Position numbers and translations under genes: made by a program
Part shown: positions 14,245 to 28,287 of the stretch, piece after piece
Layout of the letters: each line of letters begins with the position of its first letter
Position numbering within the stretch: the stretch's first letter is position 1
The notes under the pieces: generated by a model
Seen by the model: the letters and a program-made list of their open reading frames with translations, nothing else
Database searches by the model: none
What the model was told of the DNA's origin: nothing
NCBI GenBank assembly: GCA_964016885.1
Contig: OZ024748.1
Span: 2,046,001-2,110,000 of the forward strand
Direction: 5' to 3'
Length of the DNA: 64,000 nt
Source: Eledone cirrhosa
Taxonomy: Eukaryota

Positions 14245-14350
14245 CCAATCGACTATAAAGGATTTTTGATATTTATGCAGACCTACCTAGACATGAAAGA
14301 TGCCCCAGAAGAACTATGCAAAGCTTTATTTCAGTCCTTTATGAAATCAG
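14245..14350 (+). CDS. Dgk: DGK exon B (PIDYKGFLIFMQTYLDMKDAPEELCKALFQSFMKS)
   Basis: poly-T/ccag acceptor, g|gtaaaa donor; 106 nt, phase 0 to 1; matches the IDxxGFxxFMxTYL..P.ELC..LF.SF motif of type I DGK N-terminal domains. Confidence 0.93.
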
Positions 14351-16647
14351 GTAAAAGTAGCTTATGAGATGAAGTTGTTTAGAATAGTCTCCCATGTATT
14401 TACATGTATTCATTGATAACAATCTAAATATTTAAATATATCTTTATTATATATTTCCTTTTTGTATGTAAAACATTTCAAATAATTTGAGGCCCAGTCC
14501 TTTCCAGAGATTGGACTTTTTTATTTATGCGAGTAGTTTAATATTGGTTTCTTATATTGGCATTTTTAGAGACAGTTGTAAATATATTTAATATACCTGA
14601 GTAACTGAAGACTAAAGACCATTGTTAGCTCTGATGAATTAGTGGAATTAATAGATAAATTCTGTTAACTAGTGACATAATTAGTATTGAATAAGGATCT
14701 AATGATAACATAGTACTTATCTGGGGTTTAAGGAACATGAAGAAGTTTAACACACTGTTACATCTACTAGCAACAGTGGGTTTCTGCGTATATGGTAAAG
14801 AAGTTATAGGAGATTTATATAAGAAAAATATTACTGCATCATACAGAATGTAGAGGATTTAAAGTGATAGAATGGTTGGACCAATGATAGACAGATTTTA
14901 TTCAACAAATTTGAATTGGATTATATAATGTTTGTATATATAAAAAAAATAAGAATGGCAGGCTCTATGCCCCAGTTTAGGTATATCTCAGCTGTACCCA
15001 ACAGACAAAAGGACAAAGGCATTGCTGAAGCCAGCGACGCCCTCTGCATCAGCCATTCTACCTCACAAGGTTCTTTCCTCAGGCAGGATGCACTTCTGCC
15101 AATTTTTCAGGAATCAAGGACACAAGAGGTCTCAACAGTGACCAGCATTAAAAGGAAGTGGTCAGTTAAGTCCTAGTATTTGGATATCTTGCTCTCCTCT
15201 GCATTGCAAGTGGCAGTGGCTGGGTTTGTCACCAAAATGAGCAGGCTGGAGGTGGAGAATGAATAAAGTTGACCCTTAAAGGAATTGAGGAAGCAGTTGG
15301 ACATGAAGAATATTTAGTTGACAACTAAGTACTAGAAGATATAGCCATCTCACAACACTATATTAGTTAAATTCTTCAGTTTAAAGTAATGTTATATATA
15401 TATACAAATGGAGTCATCACAACATGGAATGATAAATATTGGTAAAAATAATCAATTTAACAATACAAGATATATGTTAAAACAATACATTAGATCAGGT
15501 ATCCAGTTGAAATTTAGAAGCCAGGTGAGATATCTAGTCGAAAAAATGTTAACATGATATTTATATAGATATTTGGTATTATATAGATATTAGTTCTACA
15601 TATAGAACTAAAGGTTAGATGCAGGCGATATGATAAATAACAAAATAAATATGAATAAACAATAAGAGAAAAAGGAAAGAAAGAAGGAAAGTAACAGAAT
15701 TTTAGAATATTCAAAATATATAATTGACTGCAGTGGTTTTCTGATCCTTGGTTTAGAAAGTATATAACACTGGAGTAAAAGAGACTTCTAGATTAGCTAA
15801 TTCTTGACTTTGATGATTGAAGTCTTAGTTCTGAAGGAAAAAGTATTCACTTATACAATAGCTAGATAGCTAGCTGCTGTTGCTGTCTTTGTTTAATCCC
15901 AGGTCAAATATCAAAGCATTCCAGCTGTGATCATCTTGTCTTTTCCTATACACAGCTAACCTAGGACTTCATTAGTCAATGTTTTTTTAAGGCAGTAGGA
16001 TATAATCTGAGGGAAATTTGGCTACAATTTCTAGCAGGTCGAACGGTGTAAAGCAAGTTTGGGCAATCTTTACGGGGCAGTGGGCTGTGTGAGATATGAC
16101 TCATCATAAACCAGGCTACACTACTAAAAACATTCAAGGTAATTTTCTGTTAAGTGTGTCATTCAGAAAGCCAAATGAACCATATGTGGCCAGTGGGTCA
16201 GAGTTTGCCCATGACTGGTGTAAAAGCTCACTTGCTGGCTTACAAACTGCTAGTTTACCAGTGAAGTATATTACGTAATAATAGGGTAGACAGCTCTTTT
16301 ACTCAATAGATGAAGTGTTATGTTAGTTGACTAAACAGTGATTAAGTTTTGACTCAGCCATGAAATGGTTAAAGATCTTCAGCATACCACTGCTCAAGAA
16401 TTGTTGAATGTTTTTGAGTAGTGGATGTTGTATTTTCAGACCAGCAAATGTTCTCTGATATTTTGCACTGGATGGAAGCAGTATCCTGAGAGGCATATCT
16501 GGCTAGTGTTTGTTAAGAAAATATATCTAAATGATTTAGTAAATATGAAAGCGAATAGCTTTATTATAATGAAGAAACCAATTTATCTTATAGGAATAAG
16601 ACTAATTAAAAGGATTCGCCAATCTAATTCAACCCTGCTTAAAACAG

Positions 16648-16746
16648 GTGCTGATGTTCAAGGTGTCCAAGGTTCAATTCTTATCAAAGATGCAGTGTGC
16701 TACCTATCTCTTGTTGAAGGAGGAAGTCCTGGAGAGAAGCTGGAAT
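16648..16746 (+). CDS. Dgk: DGK exon C (GADVQGVQGSILIKDAVCYLSLVEGGSPGEKLE)
   Basis: aaacag acceptor, t|gtaagt donor; 99 nt, phase 1 to 1; KD.VCYLSL.E.G.P..KLEF motif typical of type I DGKs. The acceptor pyrimidine tract is weak. Confidence 0.9.
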
Positions 16747-17451
16747 GTAAGTAATGCTTTTCAGTAAATCAATATTTTTCTTTTATAATAATTATGCAAT
16801 TGTATTTTCTTACAGATTATGAAGCTTTCTGACTGTCTGGAGCTAGCTGGAATGGGAAAATTATCTTAGCCTCTTTTCTTTTCACACAAATCCTACATTT
16901 TATGATATGGTTATGGATTCCCAGCTCAATCTCACATTCTTTCTTCTATACGACTAAAGCTGGGAATATAGTTGTCCCTAAACACAATACTACCTTCTAT
17001 ACTCAGTATGTCTATAATATATCTGTTGTGTCACAGACAAACAACCCAATCAACTATTGATGTGGGTATAAAATTCCCTCTATTAACTGTGGCTCACATT
17101 TTCACATTGACATGTAGTGGTTAATCAACTGGAAGTTTTTTGTGGTGTAATTTGCAAACATATCCTGTATCTCTTTCAATGGTTCTTCTCAAAGCTGGAT
17201 CTACACAACACAACACACACAACCCCCCCCCCCCATAAACATTAGTAGAAAAGTTTTAGCTGAGAAAATACAACTATTTTCTATAGAATACCTTCAAAAG
17301 AGCAAAGATTTCTATGGAACAATGTTAATGTCTATAAATGAAAACTTTTAACATACAATTATAACACAACCAGACAATACCACTACCTGAATCTGGGTAT
17401 TTCTTTTTCCTTATTCTTGTCTGTTTATATGTAATATTATTTAATACACAT

Positions 17452-17625
17452 TGGCAGTATCGGTAGAGGGTCGGACGCCATGCTTTCCAGCATAGTTACG
17501 TCCCTTTACGATCTGAGTTCAAATCCCGCCGAGGTTAATTTTGCCTTTCATCCTTACGGGGTCGATAAAATAAAGTACCAGTAATGCACTGGGTAATTGC
17601 TGGCCTTGTGCCAAAAGTAGAAACA
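17452..17625 (+). mobile_element. SINE family A, near full length, 16-bp TSD
   Basis: A box tggcagtatcggtag, B box gagttcaaatcc; TSD attatttaatacacat at 17436-17451 and 17626-17641. Confidence 0.9.
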
Positions 17626-17798
17626 ATTATTTAATACACATGTATATGCACATTCTTCTCACCCCCCCTCTCTCTCTCTCTCTCTATATATATATGTATA
17701 TATGTATGTGTATAATCTACATGCTCATATATAAAAAGTATATTCCTTCCCTCTCTTTTATTCTTTCCCTGTCTTCACTAAATATATATGCGTTTGTA

Positions 17799-17854
<56 letters not shown>

Positions 17855-17976
17855 GATTCCTAGGTTCAATCGGGGGTAATCACAGTTAGTAAAATACTCA
17901 ATATATTAGTAAAGTGTAAACATCAAGTTTGATATATAATATATATATATATATATATATCCCTTGCATCACCCTG

Positions 17977-18034
<58 letters not shown>

Positions 18035-19467
18035 ATGTGTCTGAGAGAGAGGATTCTTCAGCTGTGTCAAAGACATGACAGACCCCCTCGTGCTGGTGCC
18101 ACAATATATTACACTCAGTAGACCATGAGAACATATGTTAGTGCGATACAGACCTCTGGGCCCTCTGAAAGGTCTATAGATCCATTTGTGCACTGACTCA
18201 GTTATTGACTACCCATCCAACTCTTACTAGCAGGGAAAACAGATGTTAAATGATGATGATGATATTTATATATAAAAGAGATAGCATGCTATTTGTTTTA
18301 TTATCTATGCAGTCACCACACCAAGGCTTCTCTTGATCGTGTGAGGTTATTACAAGAATGATAGCAGGAATATATGTATGCTACAATGTAGGCCAAAAGA
18401 AGCCAGAATTCCTTCACAACATTGCTACTATTCAGCACTACTGGTCAGGGCAATACTATCAAAAGGTGTTGGAATGATTGTTGTTAGCTAATGAACAAAA
18501 TCTTCCACAGTATAAACTGCACGTAAAGTATAAATATATATGTATATATATATATACATAGTCATGTGCCAACAGGGATGAATTAACCATTGAGCAAAAT
18601 TAGCACATGCTTAGGGCATTGAGTGTAGAGGGCCACCATTTTATTCAAATTGAATATAATTGTCATTTGATTTTTTTTATATGTATGGGATGAGGAATAC
18701 CATAATCTTTTAAGTGCTTAGGGCCCCAAAATGACTTAAAATGACCCTGTGTAAACATATTCACATATGACATAAGCACATGTTTAGACCAATGTTTTTC
18801 TAATGTCACAAATATCTTACAATTGGAAACCATTGTAGATACCAACAGGCATGAAATAAAGATTAAGAACAGGGTGGCACCTGTTAATTTTCAAGTTACT
18901 ACATTGATTTACTGCACCACACCGAGCTATTACTGTTTATAAATCATCATGATTATTTGTTAAACAATAAAGTTCATTTATGATAATAATAATAATATTA
19001 ATAACATTATGTACATATAGATAACATTATATTTACAATTCCTACATATCTTGTGATTCAGAAACTTTGAAAGATAATCGTATTGATTTTTGACTGTTAT
19101 GATTAAAACTACATTTATAAAGTGAAGTCTCCTGGGGGAAAGTTTTGTAATGGCAAAATTAAGTGTTTTATACCCTTGTGAACTCTTTATTCTCCTATGT
19201 TTTGAACAGTTAATCTATAGGGATTATATGTTTGTTTTTGAAGAACCTTTTACTAAGTGATGCAAACCTTTGCTGTTTGTGACTACTTTAAAATGTTGGT
19301 TTACTGGTTAAATAATATACTTTCTATCCTCTACCCTGCAACTACTATATGGTCTAATGGCTAATGTACTCAAATCTTGCATGGCTATTTTTATCTGGCT
19401 CTAACTAAATAAAATGGATCTCCTTCAGTTTCGACTACGAGTATCCAGTTGTTTAATCTTCTGGGCG

Positions 19468-19667
19468 CTCTAGGTGCCACCACTAGAGTAATCTCTAGGT
19501 GTCACCACTAGAGTAATCTCTAGGTGTCACCACTAGAGTAATCTCTAGGTGCCACCACTAGAGTAATCTCTAGGTGTCACCACTAGAGTAATCTCTAGGT
19601 GCCACCACTAGAGTAATCTCTAGGTGCCACCACTAGAGTAATCTCTAGGTGTCACCACTAGAGTAAT
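19468..19667. repeat. 25-bp minisatellite x8 (ctctaggtgYcaccactagagtaat)
   Basis: Seen directly; each unit is partly self-complementary. Confidence 0.95.
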
Positions 19668-20589
19668 TTCCCCTTAATACATAATGCAGCGTCAAGGGAA
19701 GCAATTCATAAAAAAACTTCAGTGTGCTAAAGATTAATATATTGAGTTACCTGCTCATCAGTTACCATGTATGTTGCTTAGTATTCTACAGACATGTGTT
19801 CCTATTACTTAGTCCTCAATCAGAATCAGCATGACAATATGTGTGACAAGACTGGTTCTTTGAATTACAGGTACAGTCCATCTGATAAGCTTTCACACAG
19901 TTTCCTGTCTGCTCAATGTCACTCTCAACACTTAGGTCAACATGAGGCAATAGCAAGAAACATTTCCCCAAGATTCCATACACTAAGATTGAAACCAGGA
20001 TTTCATGATTACAAAGAAATCTTCTTAACTATTTGCCCATGTTGCATCCATTTATAACAAAGTACAAGATAAATAGAGGAAATATACTGCTCCAAACTAG
20101 TGTTAGAACTATAAAGAACTACAGGGTAATACCACCTCATTGTTACCATATTTCTAATATTTACTGTCCAATTGACATTGTTGTAGCATCCAAACAAAAT
20201 ACTATTTCCTATACTTTATACAAAGCTTCAAGTAAACTACAACACCCTCTTTGTTGGACACCATGTGCTTTCAACAACAAAGTGGTCTGTATACTTTATA
20301 ATCTATCTCCTCTTGTTTCAAAGAATTCTTCCCTTATGATAGAATAAGTTCTTCCAACATTGGTTATTCCAATGATTTGAAATAACTGGTATTGTTTCTT
20401 TTATTCTTGAAACCATGGTAGGGAGATGATTATATGAGTTAGACTAACTTATTTCTGTCTGTCTGACTTATACTCCTCTAAAGTTTGCATAAGTTTAATA
20501 TGTTAAATTATTTCTCTGAATGATATTTTATCTGTATATTTTATCCACTCATTGAGATGTCTAAATATTAGAGACAAATAACTTTTTAA

Positions 20590-20647
<58 letters not shown>

Positions 20648-20769
20648 TGCACATAAATAAATAAATATATATATACATATATATAAATATCTATATATCT
20701 ATATTACATACACATATATAAATATATACATAAATGTATTCATATATACATAAATACATATAAATCTAA

Positions 20770-20804
<35 letters not shown>

Positions 20805-21275
20805 CTGAATGAATTATCAACATCATCACATCATCATTGCAATAATGAAGAGAGGTATAAAAATTGTGGAAGATGGCAAAAAGAAATATATCCCTTTGCT
20901 TATTAGTTTATTTTTATAGCTCTGTTTATGATCATGGTGATTAGTTTAAATTTAATAATTTAAAAAAATGTTAATATAGTCATATGAAAAGTATTTCAAT
21001 TCTTGTGTTTTGATTTAATTTTTATTTGTGTGTTTCTAAGGAATTTTGTGATGTATTCTTAAGAAAATAGTTTAAAATATTACAAAAATTGTGTGAAAAA
21101 AAGACAAAGCATTTGAGGATTTCATAATTTGTTTCAAGAAGTCCAAGACCTGAAGTTGAAGGAAAATTAATCAATTTAATGTTGAAGTGTTGTACAACGA
21201 GGAAGCATTTTTTATATCTGAAAGACTGTTATGCATTACATGATAAAAAGAAAAAATTGCATATACACATACATA

Positions 21276-21318
<43 letters not shown>

Positions 21319-21607
21319 ATATGTGTAAGGACTGACCAATACACTCACAAATTCCTCCGTTGAAAAACTTTTCTGTCCACTTTTTCCTTTTTTACTCTCA
21401 TCTATTCTTCTATTTCTTCTTTTATCTCTGATTCTCTCATCCAATAAAGGACTAATGCCTAACATGTTAAGACTTTATTCCTACTAATATATATCATCAT
21501 TGTACTGTATTGTTCTCCTGTGTTGTTTTTCCTTGTTGACTTTTCACACATACACAAATATATATATATATGTGTGTGCTACTGTGGTGGCATATACTAT
21601 ATATACA

Positions 21608-22496
21608 CCATATTTATTGGCATATAACGTGCACTTTATTTCCTAAACTTTGGGGTCTAAAATCTAGCTGCATGTTATGTGTATACTATGATAAATTTTA
21701 AAGGAAAATTAATTTATAAATTTATTTTCTCTATGGTATAATTTCAAAATTCAAAATTCTTTTTATGATTATCATATCTGATAATTTTTTTTGTGAGAAT
21801 TTGAGAAAAACTATAAATTAGCAGTAAATGTTATTAATTTTGGTCATTACAGTATCTTAAATGTAGAATGGATACAAGAGGATGTGATTTATGTATGAAT
21901 AATGAAGTAAATTCATGCATAATGTAACTCAACATGAATTTACCAATTCTGGACGAATGATAAAGCCTTGCATTTCAAAAGAGAGGTAGTGAATTAAAAC
22001 ATCATGGGATGCAGTAAAAGAAGAGATTGTCATCAAATCTTTTAAAAAAATCTGGCATCAGTAGTAGTAGTAGTTTGGATGTCAGGGAAGATGAGATGCT
22101 TTATGGAGATAGCGATAATAGTGAATACAAAGAGTTTGATTTTAAAGATAGTTTCACAGAAGAAGTGTTTGAAAGTTTTGAAGGTTTTAAATTTCTCAAC
22201 TTTTTTAAATATTTATCACATTAGTTTTAGTGTTAATTTTGCAAATGGGAGAAGTAATTTTATTTCTGTAAAAGTAAAAGCCATATTGGAGCTATTTTCT
22301 AACCCATAAAAGAAGTTCCAATATTTCTTTACTTTTATTTTTCCTCTTTAGTACTATGGATATGTGTACTGAGATATTTATGATTGCTGGGCTCACAAGT
22401 CTATCATTTAATTTAATTTCTTGTTACTTAAAATTCTTTCTTAAAATTAGGGTACATGTTATACACTGATATGTATTGTATACACACAAAGATAGG
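21608..22496 (+). mobile_element. Decayed, internally deleted pogo/Tigger-like DNA transposon
   Basis: Left end ccatatttattggcatataacgtgcac resembles pogo/Tigger CCGTATTT... TIRs; degenerate right end aaaattagggtacatgttatacac. Internal frameshifted transposase C-terminus at ~21930-22120: HEFTNSGRMIKP...SWDAVKEEIVIKSFKK/SGISSSSSLDVREDEML. Confidence 0.75.
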
Positions 22497-22890
22497 GGGA
22501 AATACTCATACATATATAATACATACATACATACACATATATATATACACTGCTAATATAATGTAATATTTCATTGTTCTAATTGAGAATAACATTTTTA
22601 TGTTTTTATACATGATATTAAAACTGTTGTATCTATAACAATATCAATGTCAGTTCCCTTCTTTTTAGCTCTTAATTTGTATTGAGGGGTTATTGGTCTA
22701 CAATTGATATTTTTATATAGCAATATTTACATTGTGTATATATATTGTATAATAAAAATTCCATCCACTTAACATGTATAGCCTTATGTTCAGGGTCCAA
22801 TTATGGCCACCACCATACAGTGGCGGAGCAGTTTCAATACTGGCCACTCATCAGGCACCAGGACAAAATATGTATAATATATACATATAC

Positions 22891-22930
<40 letters not shown>

Positions 22931-23081
22931 GTATATATATATATATCCATTGCTGCATGCCAGTGGAGGTTAGCAGCTGAGTGTTTACAGTTAAATTTCT
23001 ATACACATACACAGCCACCTCATACACATACACAGCCACCTCATACACATACAGGAGTTATACATACATACATATATATAC

Positions 23082-23137
<56 letters not shown>

Positions 23138-24503
23138 TGCAGGTCCTGTCTGCTGTATTTGCTGTATCTTCAGTTTCATGTAAATGCTGTTGACTGCAGT
23201 TCTAGACTATCTTGCTTAGATCAATAGAACTTTTACCGTTATAATGGAATCTCTGTAATAGCAGCACCAAACTTTCACAATTAAATTGATTTTCTTTTTG
23301 TTTTCCTTCTTCTTGACACTGTAACTGATTTTTTACTTAACACCTTTCAATTAAGAACTGCCGCCATCACAAACAGTAGAGATTATCTCATTTTCTTTCT
23401 TACATTCCTTCTTACTTTGTTGGGTTGTTTCTTCTTTATTTTTCTTCTTTCATCCTTTACTATCCCTCTCTATCTAGTCACATACACATACAAACATATG
23501 TGCATATATATAAACATACATGCTGACACACACATACACACTCATACATTTACTGAGAGAAAAACTGGGCATTTGAGGAATCAGATGTAGCATATAGGAA
23601 AGAAGTTTGTGTTGGTACGGACATGTAATGTGTATATACAGTGATTATTGGTTGAAGAAGTGCCATGAGTTCTCAGCAGAATGAAGCCATAGAAGAAGAA
23701 GATTCTCTCTCTCTCTCTCTCCCCAACTTGTATCCAAAGAAGAGCATTAAGTCTGCAACACCCTGTCCTGAACTTTAGATCAAATAAGTTTTGCTCAACA
23801 CTTCACTAAACTATTGTCATAATCCAAAGAGAAGCCAATGCTAGTAAGCTGGTGTCAATAAAGGTCATACCTGTAGACTTTGTTCTCACAACAAAACTAT
23901 AGTTTATCATACACTCCCTTTTCTATGTATACAATGGTTAGACATATCTTTACCCACACAGCTTTCCTCCATTGATTGCATTCTTTAGTCATCTCTTCTG
24001 TATGGTTCAGTGATTTCAGATCACTTCTTACCACTTCAGTCTAAGGTTTTCCTCTAGTGTTATTTTCTTTTATATTGAGTCTCTTGATACTTTCGCCCAA
24101 CAGTCATCATCCATATTCATCACATGTCCATACCAGCTCAGTCTTCTCTCTTACTACATTCGATTCATTTTATATCCATTTTGAATATGTATGAATATAA
24201 ATAATATTTATTTTCAGAATATCTAAATATTCATTTGATAAAAGAAGTGTTTTTAAAACCCTGTCAACTCTCTTATATTAGCGCCATCTATTATATTTGA
24301 CATTTATTATGTTTTGTATAAAATATTATTTCCAGTTACAGCGGGAACATGTGAAACTCTGAGTAGCAACAGAGAGAAATATCAGTAATATAATAAGAGT
24401 GTGTGCTTGTATCTATATATACACATACATATATACATACATATATGTATATATATATATATATATATGTGTGTGTATATAAATATGTATATATATATGT
24501 ATG

Positions 24504-24566
<63 letters not shown>

Positions 24567-24979
24567 TAAGAGCTGTCTTTAATTTAAGCAACAATGTTTA
24601 TATGTACCACTAAAATATCTTTGAAATTTTTCTTTGTTTTAATATATTTTGTAATTTCTGCTAAATTTGATGTTGTTTCTATTTAAATCAATAATCCATT
24701 TGACAATTTTATTATATTGAACTTGATTTAATATTTCTCTAAAACTTCCCTTCATTTCAAAGTTTATTTATGTTGTTTAGTAAATGTAGCTATATATTGA
24801 TTATATACTAATGCTATTTACATACTAAATTTACATCTTCAGGATGTGTACTGTTCAGTAGAACTGACATGGAAAATATTTATGATGTGTACAATTGTAG
24901 GAGTCTTAAAATATAAAACCAGGTCACACCCACCCACGTATATATAGCAAATACTTACTTACCAACACACTATAACCTC

Positions 24980-25165
24980 TAGTTCATAGATGCACTGCTG
25001 GCTGAGCATGGCTGAAGGGTTAAGGAATTTGATTTGTAGTCATTAGCTCCTAAAGTTTGATTCCTCTGCATGGCATCTTGGACAAGTGTCATTTACCATA
25101 GCCTTGGGTTGACCCCATGTCTTCTGAGGGAAATTGAGTAGAGAGGAACTATTCAGAAACCCATT
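24980..25165 (+). mobile_element. Old tRNA/CORE-like SINE family D
   Basis: catggctgaagggttaagg ... ggcatcttggacaagtgtc ... atagccttgggttgacc; diverged relatives at ~33890-34040, ~39105-39250 and ~40085-40180. Confidence 0.6.
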
Positions 25166-27248
25166 GGATGGACTGTGTCTGTAACTCACTGTGTTATTCT
25201 GAATCTTCCTGAGGATTACAATAAAGGTGAATATGTTTGTGGAATGCTCAACTACTTACATATTAAGTTTTCAAGCAGTCTGTTCCATTGATCAAAGAAC
25301 CAGATCACTCATCTTCAAAACAGACTGAGATCCATTCTAGATGCATTGTAGCTTCTTTCTGCATATTCTGTCACTGCTACAATAGCCTCTATTCTAAGGG
25401 ATTATCTAATTTTATACAGGCTCACCCAGCACATCCTTCTCTTCCTTTCCTCTCTCACCAGCACTAATTGTTATGATCAACCTTTCAGAAAGTCAACAGG
25501 AATTTTGGAATTCCCTTTTTGATCATACTGACACTGTTTCATGCCTATTGAAAACCTTTCAAGACAATTTTCTGCTCTGCATTCAATACTTTTAACTTTT
25601 GTACCTGACATTCCCTAGAAACCATATTAACCAGCACTTTTCCAATTATTGTGGGACTCACTATAACTCACATACACCTGTGTTTTTCTATTAAATTATC
25701 TATCTGTAGAAGCTCCATATCTCAAGCTAAGTGGTAGACTACAGCTCATACAACGGCTTGTCTTTTGTTGTTAAATGATTAATATTTTTTTACCATATTT
25801 GTAATGAAAGACACCGTCTTTGATTTTCAAATCATTTTGAAAATAATTAAGAATTTGAAGGGATTTAGTAATATAACTAACCTTTTCATTATTAAGCTGG
25901 TATTTGGAACATAACTTAACAAATGTTCTTACATAAATTATAATTTATTTATTTAAATGTTTTGATGTTGTTTCCAACGAAACAATTTAGACTGGCCTTA
26001 GATATATCTCACACACTTAAATATTCTGTTAAGGAAAGTTAGCAACCAGCTTTGATCCAGCAATGAGAATTAATTATTTATCTATCTTGGTCTGTATATT
26101 TAAGTTATGTTATTCTCTGAATGAAATGGTAAGTGATTGGTTTTATTATGTTTGATGATATTGAGATAATGGTGAGTATTGGAGACTATTTTCAGAATAA
26201 TAATTGATATCTATAGAGACTGCCTTAGGCTTGAACCATTAGTTGAGGATTTAGTGACCTACAAATGTTTCTCGGTGGAGTACAAAGTGTTCTAGACATG
26301 ATAGAGTAACTCTTGGATAAAATGGCTGAGAATTCTAAACAGCAAATTGACAGAAGAATTGCTGTCAGACGAAATATCAGGCAGGATTTATTCTGACTCT
26401 CTGTATGCTGAGTTAAAATCCTAATGTAGCCTATATCATAAGTAGACTTTATTGGCTGCTTGGTTTATCAGTTAGTCCTTTGGTGCTTTTAGTAGACCTG
26501 ACTTTGCAGCAACTATTTAGAGCATACATATATGCTCAAGTGAGTGTTTCAGCCCTTATATATGCTTATAATTATCATCATCATCACTGTTTTACATCCA
26601 TTCTTCCACATTAGCATGGGGTAGATGAGTTGTCCTGTTGTGGGCAATGCCAGGTCAGGTGACCATGTCTTGCTCATAGAGAACTGGGTCTGGCTTGGTT
26701 TCTATGACTAGATGCCCTTCCTAACACCAACCTCATTTACAGTGAGTACTGGGTGCTTTTTACCGTGGCACCTACACGACCACTGAACACAAATATACAT
26801 TTTAGTTTGTATGTGTATATATATATATATATATACATATATATGTGTGTGTGTGTACTGTAAAAGTGCTGTAGAAAACACTCCAAAAATCAGATATAAG
26901 ACCATGGTGTGCTCCTTAGGCCATGACAATCCATCCAACTCATGCTAACGTAGAAAATGGATGTAAAACGATGATTATGATGATGAGGATTATATATATA
27001 TATATATACAGAGAGAAAGAGAGTAAACAAATATGTGATTATATAATGTATACACTATTCATATATATGTGTGCACATGTGTAGATGTTTGTGCCGAGGC
27101 CAGCATTTATTGAACTGACGAGTATACATAGATATGTTTATACTATATATATAGTTGTTGTGTTGACTATTTCAGTAGCCATGGTTATGTCATTACTGTA
27201 TCACGACACTACATCTTTCAAAATGTTCCTTTTTTGTGTTTCTTTCAG

Positions 27249-27298
27249 TTATGTTCCGCTTGTATGACAGTGACAACAATGGTTACTTAGATTCCAAT
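27249..27298 (+). CDS. Dgk: DGK exon D, EF-hand 1 (FMFRLYDSDNNGYLDSN)
   Basis: tctttcag acceptor, gtaagt donor; 50 nt, phase 1 to 0; EF loop DSDNNGYLDSN-E is completed by the next exon. Confidence 0.95.
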
Positions 27299-27501
27299 GT
27301 AAGTGTACCACTGTGACTTCATTGTCTTCTCTTTGACTAGTCATAAAATAACTCATTGTAATAACTACACAGATTATATCACAAACCTTTCACTCTGTTG
27401 TACTCTATATTTTATAAACTGTTTCATAGAATCTTTTTATTCTTTATATTTCTGCATCTCTTTGATGTCTTTACAATGTTATATGTGTAATATTTGTATG
27501 T

Positions 27502-27535
<34 letters not shown>

Positions 27536-27671
27536 GTGTGGTGTATATGTGTTTATATAATAGGGGTATATATGAAAGCATTGACTATAGTTTTTATTCA
27601 ATAAATGTTTTGGTAGTCTCGCAATCAATGAAAAGCATACTTATATATGAGAAATATAATATATATATATA

Positions 27672-27741
27672 CAGGGTGTCTACTTCAACAACATCCTAAT
27701 CAAAGTGTGTATACTTGGGGGGACGGGACACACACACCCTG
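27672..27741. mobile_element. 70-bp Tc1/mariner-like miniature element
   Basis: TA|CAGGGTGT ... ACACCCTG|TA inside a (TA)n tract; a further right-end copy (gggacaccctg-ta) ends at ~27804. Confidence 0.5.
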
Positions 27742-27818
27742 TATATATCTATGTATATATATATATAGTGGAAGTCAACTCATGTTGGGAGGAGGGACAC
27801 CCTGTATATATCTATCTA

Positions 27819-27871
<53 letters not shown>

Positions 27872-28121
27872 ATAATAATAAATTTGAAGACTAAAATCCA
27901 AAGAGGGCTCGATAAGGATAAATATATATCAAATATATAAGAACCAAAGCAGCAATTCTTTGCTTAAACTTTAATCTGTTATTTTAATATATATATATAT
28001 ATATATATATAGTGGAAGTCAACTCATGTTTGAGTATAACAACTTCTTAGAAAAAACAGAAAAACAGATGTGATGAGGTGGAATGATTTAAATTTCTAAT
28101 TGTTATTTGTATTTTATTTAG

Positions 28122-28196
28122 GAAATTGATTGTATCATAAATCAAATGATGACTGTTGCTGAGTATCTTGGTTGGGATGTGTCTGAGCTAAAACCT
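28122..28196 (+). CDS. Dgk: DGK exon E (EIDCIINQMMTVAEYLGWDVSELKP)
   Basis: tttag acceptor, gtaagt donor; 75 nt, phase 0 to 0; QMM.VAEYL.WDV.EL.P motif diagnostic of type I DGK. Confidence 0.96.
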
Positions 28197-28287
28197 GTAA
28201 GTACCACCAAACTCTTTCATATAATTTCCTCTTCTGTATGACTTACTTTTAAATGACAATCCTTCAGGGTTTTAGGGGTTTTATTTT

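Noticed and set aside
17452-17530. tRNA gene suggested by A and B boxes
   Set aside because: No cloverleaf; the boxes are followed by the SINE core and tail and flanked by TSDs.
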